Shown one piece after another: positions 8,347 through 15,917 of a stretch of 32,000 bases of DNA. This DNA comes from Desulfocapsa sulfexigens DSM 10523 (lineage in GTDB: Bacteria; Desulfobacterota; Desulfobulbia; Desulfobulbales; Desulfocapsaceae). A program made the translations under genes and the position numbers. The stretch spans positions 2,490,001 to 2,522,000 of the forward strand of contig NC_020304.1 of NCBI RefSeq assembly GCF_000341395.1, written 5' to 3'. Below the pieces are notes generated by a model. It was not told where the DNA came from, ran no database searches, and worked only from the letters and a program-made list of their open reading frames with translations. Positions within the stretch are counted from its first letter, which is position 1. Each line of letters opens with the position of its first letter.

Positions 8347-8868
8347 TTATTGTAAGCTGAAGTTATTTGAGCTGCCGGACAAAAATGCACCGACTGCACT
8401 TTCTTTAGTACCTTCAATGTCGGTAGTGATATTCAAATATTGAGAATGCTCAGAGGCAAGGATGGCAACATTTTTAGCCATACCCGCTGTTTGACCAATG
8501 ATCGCTTTAAGTTCATCAATAACGTTTTTGTACACTTCAACTTTGCTGGAGCGTTCTTGGAGCATTGACACAATTTGTGAATTAAGAGAAATTCCTTCTT
8601 GTTCAGCTATTTTTGACAACCGTTCATGGAGTGAAACAGGTAGTCGTAGTCGAAATTGTCCACTGAACTTTTTCGCTGTTTGTGGCAACGGAATTTCTTC
8701 ACCATCTTCTTTTAATATTTCTATTGCATCAGCTAAAACCAAATTTAATTGTGCAGTTGCTTTTTCTTGTGTTTCGCCAAACCCCGACAAAAATGGAAAT
8801 TCCATTGAAGTCGCCACAAAGCACTCATCCTCTTCGCTCCACAAGGTACTTATAGAATATTTGTGCAT
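8347..8868 (-). CDS. hicB: HicB-family antitoxin with DNA-binding region and about 60-aa C-terminal extension
   Basis: HicB-like MHKYSISTLWSEEDECFVATSMEFPFLSGFGETQEKATAQLNLVLADAIEILKEDGEEIPLP then LRLPVSLHERLSKIAEQEGISLNSQIVSML (RHH/HicB-type). Confidence 0.85.
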   Translation of the reverse strand: MHKYSISTLWSEEDECFVATSMEFPFLSGFGETQEKATAQLNLVLADAIEILKEDGEEIPLPQTAKKFSGQFRLRLPVSLHERLSKIAEQEGISLNSQIVSMLQERSSKVEVYKNVIDELKAIIGQTAGMAKNVAILASEHSQYLNITTDIEGTKESAVGAFLSGSSNNFSLQ

Positions 8869-8881
8869 TATGATCCCTTTA

Positions 8882-9160
8882 TTATAATTTTATCTGAAAT
8901 TCTTCTATGAAACTAAGTAACTGTTTTACTTGGTAGGGTTTAGCTTTGCTTTTATCTCGTTCATCATGTTGAAAGTTCATCAAATTATTGGGTGCTTTGA
9001 TGGTTGAGTGTTTATACATGAATCCATGACCAGAACTTTTTCTTCTCTCAAAGCCAGCTTTCCCTGCTAACTTCAAAAGATTTTTAAAGCTAACATTCTT
9101 TGGGTTGGCAATCGCATCTCCTAATAGCTTTTCTATACGACTCATCAGGTCATCTCTCAT
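8882..9160 (-). CDS. hicA: HicA-like toxin (putative mRNA interferase)
   Basis: 92 aa: FKNLLKLAGKAGFERRKSSGHGFMYKHSTIKAPNNLMNFQHDERDKSKAKPYQVKQLLSFIEEF; GF.RR.SGH and KAKPYQV motifs; directly upstream of hicB. Confidence 0.8.
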   Translation of the reverse strand: MRDDLMSRIEKLLGDAIANPKNVSFKNLLKLAGKAGFERRKSSGHGFMYKHSTIKAPNNLMNFQHDERDKSKAKPYQVKQLLSFIEEFQIKL

Positions 9161-9248
9161 TATGGTACCACAGGGGGGACCATTTTGTAAACTATCTGTA
9201 TTTATTTATCAAGGGTTAATTTTATGCAAGGCTTACCTATCTCCGCCA

Positions 9249-9371
9249 GCCGAACGCCAGAGATAACCGGCTTGCCAACCAGTTGGCTACCAAGTTCAAA
9301 CGGCTAAAATTATTGAAGCTAACTCAAGAGAACGCGCGTGCTCGCAAGTCGGGTTGATTGATTTGTTATGT
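9249..9371 (-). repeat. attC-like site between the Abi_alpha-like and Hic cassettes
   Basis: Minus strand ACATAAC-AAATCAATC-AACCCGACTTGC ... GCAAGCCGGTT-ATCTCTGGC-GTTCGGC: R'' and L boxes pair (ACTTGC/GCAAGC region); 3' core end ambiguous (GTTCGGC at 9249-9255 or GTTATCT at 9261-9267). Confidence 0.5.
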
Positions 9372-9420
9372 TATTTCATGCACATATGATATTTACAGCA
9401 GTGTTTATCTGTGCGAAACT

Positions 9421-10281
9421 TTAATTTATTGCCCATTTTTGAATGTTGAATTTATTACTTTCACCGCTATATGCCCAATTTGCACCTGTTGCAACAGCGA
9501 AATCATTACCGAAGGTTGTTAATTTAACTGACCAAAAGTAAGATGAATCTAGTGTTTGAGGACAACGCTCATCTTTTCTTTTTTCTTTTTTATATTTTTC
9601 AAATTCACTCCAAAGTTTACCCATAACTCCATAAGAATATTTTGAACCGCAGTCTTCGTGAGGGAATAATGATTCCTTTTTAGTTTTGACAAGACCGAGT
9701 CTTTCTAGGTTGCTGATGTATAACCACATTCTGGAATTATTTTTTATGCCAGCCTTAACTTGTAAAGGGAAACTGTCTTTAGAAAACTGAAAACCACTTT
9801 CTACTTTCATATAAAGGCTAGCAAATATATGTGCTTCTATAATATTGTATGGCGACGAAGCAATAACAGAGAAAATTCGGCATTCGTCGGATACCAAATT
9901 TTTTAGAACTTCTGCAAAAGCTGGGTGGGTAGTATCAATTTTTTCTTGATCCATATTCCCTGCAAGTAAGTTTACAAACATAGTTCTTGGCAGCGGGTCT
10001 TCTGCATTTATGGTTGACTGTAGTCCTTGGATTACCCTGATTGCCATCTCTGGTTCTGGGCTAACGATAGTTGAAGGGTCTTTTCTCTCATTTTTGAACT
10101 TTTGCTCAATTGCGGATTCAACCCAGTCAAATGTTTTATCTACTGTTGATATAAGGCCGGAGACAGGACGTAAGGTTACTTTGATTGCTTCAGTCAAAGT
10201 GTTGCCAAATTCTTTTGCGGCACCGTGCACTACATCATCATAAATTTTGGGGATCAAAGACTTAATAACTTTTTCTTCCAT
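9421..10281 (-). CDS. DUF4393/Abi_alpha-like protein (candidate abortive infection); ORF track start 10308, more likely MEEKVIKS at 10281
   Basis: KEFGNTLTEAIKVTLRPVSGLISTVDKTFDWVESAIEQKFKNE...FVNLLAGNMDQEKIDTTHPAFAEVLKNLVSDECRIFSVIA, the layout of DUF4393 (Abi_alpha) proteins; recognised from memory. Confidence 0.75.
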   Translation of the reverse strand: MEEKVIKSLIPKIYDDVVHGAAKEFGNTLTEAIKVTLRPVSGLISTVDKTFDWVESAIEQKFKNERKDPSTIVSPEPEMAIRVIQGLQSTINAEDPLPRTMFVNLLAGNMDQEKIDTTHPAFAEVLKNLVSDECRIFSVIASSPYNIIEAHIFASLYMKVESGFQFSKDSFPLQVKAGIKNNSRMWLYISNLERLGLVKTKKESLFPHEDCGSKYSYGVMGKLWSEFEKYKKEKRKDERCPQTLDSSYFWSVKLTTFGNDFAVATGANWAYSGESNKFNIQKWAIN

Positions 10282-10297
10282 TATTTCATCCTTACAA

Positions 10298-10421
10298 ACA
10301 TAACGCAAAGCTAAGACGCGCGCCTAGCCGAGGTTAGAGTAGGTTCGAGTTGTATTGAGATGGCCGAAGCCGATTTAGCAAAGCGCAAGTTTGCGCGTCG
10401 TGCTTGAGCGAATTGTTATGT
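10298..10421 (-). repeat. attC recombination site (124 bp), best supported in window
   Basis: Minus strand ACATAAC-AATTC-GCTCAAGCACGACGCGC...GGCGCGCGTCTTAGC-TTTGC-GTTATGT: perfect 7-bp R pairing, 5-nt spacers on both sides, L box GCTCAAG/CTTAGC with extra-helical C; close to canonical TAACAATTCGTTCAAGC attC start. Confidence 0.85.
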
Positions 10422-10426
10422 ATTTT

Positions 10427-10936
10427 CTATTTTGGCGTAATTGTACCAGTTGCTTTTTGGTCTGGACAGCTCTCAACTTCATACGATGCATTTTCAATAT
10501 AATAAGTGATTTTACAGCCGGTTACTTCATGTTCGCCTAAATAAGCTATGGGGTGCTCTGTTAATATGATTTTATCATCCTCTTTGTCGTACTCCGCTTT
10601 TCCTGATGATGTTGAATGGCCGTTATTAATTTGAATTTTAACATCATTTGTGGCGATGAGTTTTTTTACCTTCTCAGCCATTTTTTCGTCGCCTGAATTA
10701 GAAATATTTTCGTGCAAAATAACCAGCTTTTGGCACTCAATTTTCATATTGGTTGATGTGGCAACTACGTCTTTTGTAATGATGATGATGTTTTCTTTAT
10801 TTTTGAACTCCCAATAGTCACCTATGACATGCAACTTAGATGCACCAATATAACCCTCTGCGGCCTTAATTTGCGGGACATAACTGGCAATTGCTAAGAG
10901 GATTGTGAAAAGGGCGATTGGTTTCTTGGTGTTCAT
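10427..10936 (-). CDS. Secreted/periplasmic LptA/OstA-like protein
   Basis: Signal peptide MNTKKPIALFTILLAIASYVPQIKA; AEGYIGASKLHV...STSSGKAEYDKEDDKIILTEHPIAYLGEHEVTGCKITYYIENASYEVE typical OstA/LptA motif. Confidence 0.75.
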   Translation of the reverse strand: MNTKKPIALFTILLAIASYVPQIKAAEGYIGASKLHVIGDYWEFKNKENIIIITKDVVATSTNMKIECQKLVILHENISNSGDEKMAEKVKKLIATNDVKIQINNGHSTSSGKAEYDKEDDKIILTEHPIAYLGEHEVTGCKITYYIENASYEVESCPDQKATGTITPK

Positions 10937-10949
10937 TTGGTGTTCATAT

Positions 10950-11075
10950 ACATAACAGTGTTAATACATGGACAATGTCCATCATATTACCTTATATCTG
11001 GCTACATTTTCCTCTTATCTTGATATTAAAACATTCTGCATGGAAAATAGTGTCCACTTATTACCTTGAAATCTC
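10950..11075 (-). repeat. Possible degenerate attC at start of array
   Basis: ACATAAC (10950-10956, minus GTTATGT) identical to the R boxes at 10298 and 10415; 5-nt spacer then TAATACATGGACA (10962-10974) paired with TGTCCACTTATTA (11051-11063); 126 bp overall. Outer R'' not recognisable. Confidence 0.35.
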
Positions 11076-11658
11076 TATTTTCCAGCTATTGCCATATTAG
11101 GGCCAAAAAGTGGAAAAACAGACGGTTTGCGTCATTTTTCCCACAAACATAACCGGACTGTTTTTTTATAGATATTATGGGAGATGTCCAGTGGGCAAGA
11201 ATGGCCTAGGCAGAAATACCTTAAGTTAATATAATTTCCGCTCCTCTTCCTTCAAATAAACCACCATCCATTAAAACAGACGATCCATACTTATTCAATG
11301 AATAAATGTGCTATTTGTTTGATAATTCAAATGAATTTTTTGTAAAGATGTGCGGTGGCAAGGGTAACTGTCGTGCAATATAGGCAGGTTTAGATGTTTT
11401 TTATACATCTCGATTTCAAAAGAGTGACTGAAACTCAACCGACTGGAAACATAAAAATTTAGGTAAACAGGAGGAGTGTGATTGTTTAGAGTTATGTGGA
11501 ATTCCAGAAATTTCCCTTGGCCATTCACGCCGGAATCGTGGTCTGTCCCTTAATCCCTGCTTAATCCCCCACTGCAGGTGACGTCAATACATGGGCTTTG
11601 TTTATTGCCATTAGAAATAAAAAACGTGGGACAGGAGTGGGATAGGGGGGGGCAAATG

Positions 11659-11695
11659 AAAAAAGCACATAGGGCAAAAACGCTCTATGTGCTTG
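11659..11695 (-). terminator. Rho-independent terminator downstream of tRNA-Gln
   Basis: AAGCACATAG (11663-11672) / CTATGTGCTT (11685-11694) 10-bp perfect stem followed by TTTTTT on the minus strand. Confidence 0.8.
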
Positions 11696-11704
11696 AATTT
11701 TCAA

Positions 11705-11778
11705 TGGCTGGGGGACAGGGATTCGAACCCCGATAAGCGGAGTCAGAGTCCGCTGTCTTGCCGTTAGACCATCCCCCA
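11705..11778 (-). tRNA. tRNA-Gln (anticodon CTG)
   Basis: TGGGGGATGGTCTAACGGCAAGACAGCGGACTCTGACTCCGCTTATCGGGGTTCGAATCCCTGTCCCCCAGCCA: full cloverleaf, anticodon loop CTCTGAC, encoded CCA. Confidence 0.95.
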
Positions 11779-11842
11779 GAATGGGTGCTGTTGAGGGAGA
11801 TTATTTAGACAGTTTTGGTAGTTCTGTCAAGGAAAAAGACCC

Positions 11843-12664
11843 TTAAGATATGAGGACTCCGGCATAGCCAACGACCTGTTTGGTGTCACCGGAGATTTCA
11901 CCAGAATCTGTGTAGCGGACAAGTTCGGTTTTCGTGGCCCCAAGTTCTAAGGCTGCTATCAGGGCAACGGTGACCGGCATGATTCCGCACATTGAAATGT
12001 TGTGTCCGATGACAGAACGGTAGAGTATATTCGGATCCATATCTGCTATCTTCTTCAGCACATAATGATCCTTTTTGTCAGCTGCTTCCCGTGGTTCGTA
12101 ATGGGTCATGTCGGTAGAGGCAACAATCAGGATATTTCCGCTATCATTTTGTTTGATGACTTCTGCCAGGGCCAGGCCAAGTTCATTCAGAATCTGATAG
12201 GAGACGTGTGAGATAGTGATGGGGACAATGGAGAGATTCGGTTGTACCATCTGAAGAAAAGGAATCTGCACTTCCAGTGAATGTTCATAGGTGTGTGCGA
12301 GTTCATCTTCCTCAATAATATCTGTTGCTTCAAGTAAATCCTGCGCAAAGTGACGGTTAACGGGGACACTGCCCATGGGCATATTCCAGGTGGCAGTGGA
12401 GAGGGCTACGGGGGCGCCTTTTCCGGTATGGTTGGGGCCAAGAAGGATTACCGTTTCCGGAACTTCTACCCTGCCAAGTGTTTCAGCTGCAACCCCTCCA
12501 GAGTATACGTATCCGGCATGAGGAGATAGGGCGGCCAGAACTTTTTGTTTTGTTGCAGGTAGAGGATGGTTGCCTGCTAATTCCCTAATGGCGAGTCGCA
12601 GAGACTCTGCATCTCCAGGGTAAAATCTGCCGGCAACAGCCGGTGAACGAATGATGGATGCCAT
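11843..12664 (-). CDS. amrB: AmmeMemoRadiSam system protein B (MEMO1 family)
   Basis: 273 aa: IIRSPAVAGRFYPGDAESLR...ALSPHAGYVYSGGVAAETLG...ILLGPNHTG...YEHSLEVQIPFLQ...VASTDMTHY. Confidence 0.9.
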   Translation of the reverse strand: MASIIRSPAVAGRFYPGDAESLRLAIRELAGNHPLPATKQKVLAALSPHAGYVYSGGVAAETLGRVEVPETVILLGPNHTGKGAPVALSTATWNMPMGSVPVNRHFAQDLLEATDIIEEDELAHTYEHSLEVQIPFLQMVQPNLSIVPITISHVSYQILNELGLALAEVIKQNDSGNILIVASTDMTHYEPREAADKKDHYVLKKIADMDPNILYRSVIGHNISMCGIMPVTVALIAALELGATKTELVRYTDSGEISGDTKQVVGYAGVLIS

Positions 12665-12665
12665 G

Positions 12666-14135
12666 TCAGCTCCGTTTTACGCTCCAGCCGGTTCCTTCCG
12701 GTCCGTCTTTGAGCTCTATTCCACGGTCGAGAAGTTCATCGCGGATTTCATCGCTTCGGGTCCAGTTTTTGTCTGTTCGAGCCTGGTTGCGTTCTGCTAT
12801 AAGTGCAAGAATCTCGGCTTCGCTGATGTCAGTTTCTGCAAGCATGGCAGCCTTCTTGTGGGCAAGATATTCGGCTGCATTTTCCTGAACTATTCCCATG
12901 ATAGCGGCAAGCTTTACGATGTCTGCAGAACCACTTTTCAGTAGATTGTAATCAGAGGTCGCGGGTACATCAGGAAGCTGCTGGATAATCTTATTGATGA
13001 CCTTTACTGTTTCAAAAAGGCTTGCCTGGGCCTGGGCAGTATTAAAGTCATTGTCCATGGCCTTCTGGAATCGTTCTTCCAGTGACTCTATCTTTTTTAT
13101 GTCTTTTGGTGTTGCAACGATTTCAGCACTGTCAGAATGAGCCGTTCCAAGAGCATCGCAGGCGGCAATACACTCATAAAGACGATCGAGACCCGTCATG
13201 GCATCCTGCATGGCTGCCTCGGAAAAATCGAGCGGGTTGCGATACTGGGTGGAAAAGATAAAAAATCTCAGCACCTCAGGGTGGTAATGGGCAAGAATAT
13301 CTCTGATGGTAAGGAAATTTCCAAGAGATTTCGACATCTTTTCATCACGGATGGTGACAAAGCCATGATGGATCCACATATTGACAAAGGGTTTATTATT
13401 GGCACCTTCACTCTGGGCCAGTTCGTTCTCATGATGTGGGAAGATCAGATCTTGACCACCGCCATGGATATCAAAGGTGGAACCAAGATATTTGCGACTC
13501 ATGGCGGAGCATTCGATATGCCAGCCAGGTCTTCCAGGGCCCCACGGGCTATCCCAGCTGGGTTCTCCCGGTTTGGATGCCTTCCACATTACAAAATCCA
13601 TGGGATCTGTTTTGTTTTCATTGACGGAAACGCGGGCACCTGCCTGCATATCGTCAAGGTTCCGCCCTGAAAGTTTGCCGTATCCATCAAAAGAATGCAC
13701 TTTATAGTAGACATCTCCCCCGGCGGGGTAGGCCATGCCCTTATCGATGAGTTCACTTACCAGGTCAATCATTTCCTGGATGTGCTCGGTGGCCTTTGGT
13801 TCCATTGTTGGCCTGTCCACGCCAAGTCTGTCCATGTCAACGTAGAATTCATCAATAAAACGATTAGCGAGCTCTTCTGTTGTGGTTCCCTGTTCCTCTG
13901 CGCGTGCAATGATTTTGTCATCAATGTCAGTGAAATTCCTGATGTATGTGACTTTGTTGCCACGATACCTGAGGTAGCGGACTATCATGTCGAAGGCGAG
14001 TGCCGATCGCGCATGTCCAATATGGCAGTAATCGTAGGATGTAATTCCACAGACATAGAGTTTTATATGCCCAGGTTCGATGGGTTTTAGGAGTTCTTTT
14101 TTTCTGGTAAGTGTATTGTATATCTTAACTGGCAT
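12666..14135 (-). CDS. cysS: Cysteinyl-tRNA synthetase (ORF track extends to 14243; MPVKIYNTLTRKKE start likely at 14135)
   Basis: IKLYVCGITSYDYCHIGHARSALAFDMIVRYLR, GWHIECSAMSRKYLG, KMSKSLGNFLTI. Confidence 0.95.
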   Translation of the reverse strand: MPVKIYNTLTRKKELLKPIEPGHIKLYVCGITSYDYCHIGHARSALAFDMIVRYLRYRGNKVTYIRNFTDIDDKIIARAEEQGTTTEELANRFIDEFYVDMDRLGVDRPTMEPKATEHIQEMIDLVSELIDKGMAYPAGGDVYYKVHSFDGYGKLSGRNLDDMQAGARVSVNENKTDPMDFVMWKASKPGEPSWDSPWGPGRPGWHIECSAMSRKYLGSTFDIHGGGQDLIFPHHENELAQSEGANNKPFVNMWIHHGFVTIRDEKMSKSLGNFLTIRDILAHYHPEVLRFFIFSTQYRNPLDFSEAAMQDAMTGLDRLYECIAACDALGTAHSDSAEIVATPKDIKKIESLEERFQKAMDNDFNTAQAQASLFETVKVINKIIQQLPDVPATSDYNLLKSGSADIVKLAAIMGIVQENAAEYLAHKKAAMLAETDISEAEILALIAERNQARTDKNWTRSDEIRDELLDRGIELKDGPEGTGWSVKRS

Positions 14136-14357
14136 AGTCGCGGTGGTTCCGGTTTTATCAAGTGGTTGGAAACCTGTTTTCTTTAAGTACCTTATGTATT
14201 CTTTTCTTGTTTTTTGAAAAGAATTTGGTGAAGGTGCTTTCACCCCTCAAGGGGTACTGTACTGAGTACTGGCTTACTTGGTGTTCACCAGTATGAGAGA
14301 ATAAAAAAAAGTATAAGTTCATTGATACCATAAATCAATTGCGGGGAAAAGAGAAGA

Positions 14358-15917
14358 ATGGCTGAAAAAAATAGCAGCAGTGGCAGTAAAATTGATATGC
14401 TGAGGGTGTGGGTACATCCAAGAGTTCTTACCATGCTTTTTCTCGGGTTTTCGGCTGGAGTTCCAATACTTCTTATTTTTTCAACCCTTTCGGTATGGCT
14501 GCGTGAAGCCGGAGTCAGTCGTTCTGCGGTAACGTTTTTCAGTTGGGCGGCACTCGGCTATTCCTTTAAATTTATATGGGCACCTCTTGTCGACAAACTC
14601 CCCCTGCCACTATTGACAAAAATGTTCGGCCGTCGTCGTTCCTGGATGTTATTTTCTCAATTTTCGGTGATTACAGCTATCGTCTGGATGGGCCTTACCG
14701 ATCCCACCCGCAGTGATACCAGTCTTGTATATATGGCCCTGGCTGCTGTTTTTCTCGGCTTTTCTTCTGCGACTCAGGATATTGTTATTGATGCCTATCG
14801 TATTGAAAGTGTCGATGAGTCCATGCAGGCCATGCTGGCATCCACCTATGTTGCCGGGTACCGGATCGGCATGCTTGTGGCAGGTGCGGGGTCTCTTTAT
14901 ATCGCTTCCTGGCTGGGGACGTCGCGTGAGTTGTACAATGTGAGCGCCTGGCGTGGAACCTACCTTGTCATGGCTGCTGTTATGCTGGTTGGGGTAGCTA
15001 CGACCTGTGTTATAGACGAACCTCAGGGTTCTGGCAAAACCCCCTATCGCTATACAGTCATTCAGTATATCAGATTCCTCTGTCTTTTTCTGCTTGCTGC
15101 TGCTCTTTTTGCAGCATGTTTTTTTCTCAGTGCTTCCTTTGTTGCCTCGCTGAAAGAACAACTGGTTGCAAGCGCTGGCATACATGGAAAACTCATAGGC
15201 TTTATGGTGGAAACAGTACGCCTCTTTCTTGCGCTTGGAGTGGCGGCCTTTGGGGCTCTTCTGGCTGTTAAAGCAGGGCTTGCTGATAGGGACATGGTGC
15301 AGGAGAGTTATGTTGCACCGGTTCAGGACTTTTTCCTCCGTTATGGAGTGAAAACAGCAGTTGTCCTTCTCCTTTTGGTCGGGTTTTACAGGATTTCAGA
15401 TATTGTCCTTGGGGTGGTTTCCAATGTGTTTTATCTGGACATGGGCTTTAGTAAGAACGTGATAGCTACAGTCACAAAGACTTTTGGCCTTTTGATGACA
15501 CTTGCTGGTGGATTTCTTGGCGGGGTACTTACTATTCGTTATGGCGTATACCGTATGCTCTTTGTTGGTGGAGTTCTGGCTGCAGCAACCAATCTGCTCT
15601 TTATGCTCCTTGCGCAAAGCGGGGAGAATATAACTGTTCTCACTGTGGTGATTGGTGCTGATAATCTCTGTGCGGGACTGGCGTCAACAGCCTTTGTGGC
15701 CTTTCTCTCCAGTCTTACCAATATCTCTTTTACCGCTGTTCAATATGCTCTGTTCTCATCACTGATGACATTATTTCCTAAATTGATAGGTGGTTACTCG
15801 GGCACTGCCGTTTCAAGTTATGGCTATGAAACATTTTTTCTGATGACAGCAGTCCTTGGGGTGCCGGTACTGGTTTTAATCTGGTTTGCAGGGAGACTGG
15901 TTGAGAAAAAAACCTGA
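14358..15917 (+). CDS. AmpG-like MFS transporter (muropeptide permease family)
   Basis: 519 aa multi-TM; GFSAGVPILLIFSTLSVWLREAGVSR, WAPLVDKLPLP...RRRSWMLFSQ, FSSATQDIVIDAYRIE. Confidence 0.85.
   Translation: MAEKNSSSGSKIDMLRVWVHPRVLTMLFLGFSAGVPILLIFSTLSVWLREAGVSRSAVTFFSWAALGYSFKFIWAPLVDKLPLPLLTKMFGRRRSWMLFSQFSVITAIVWMGLTDPTRSDTSLVYMALAAVFLGFSSATQDIVIDAYRIESVDESMQAMLASTYVAGYRIGMLVAGAGSLYIASWLGTSRELYNVSAWRGTYLVMAAVMLVGVATTCVIDEPQGSGKTPYRYTVIQYIRFLCLFLLAAALFAACFFLSASFVASLKEQLVASAGIHGKLIGFMVETVRLFLALGVAAFGALLAVKAGLADRDMVQESYVAPVQDFFLRYGVKTAVVLLLLVGFYRISDIVLGVVSNVFYLDMGFSKNVIATVTKTFGLLMTLAGGFLGGVLTIRYGVYRMLFVGGVLAAATNLLFMLLAQSGENITVLTVVIGADNLCAGLASTAFVAFLSSLTNISFTAVQYALFSSLMTLFPKLIGGYSGTAVSSYGYETFFLMTAVLGVPVLVLIWFAGRLVEKKT

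Noticed and set aside
11295-11528. 77-aa minus-strand ORF between array and tRNA
   Set aside because: No recognisable similarity, no clear integrase remnant; likely random ORF.
11530-11660. GC-rich G-tract region (GGGATAGGGGGGGGC)
   Set aside because: G-run near the tRNA terminator; could form a quadruplex but there is no supporting context beyond base composition.
12651-14090. Several 62-177 aa ORFs on the plus strand
   Set aside because: Antisense shadows of cysS; no recognisable protein features.
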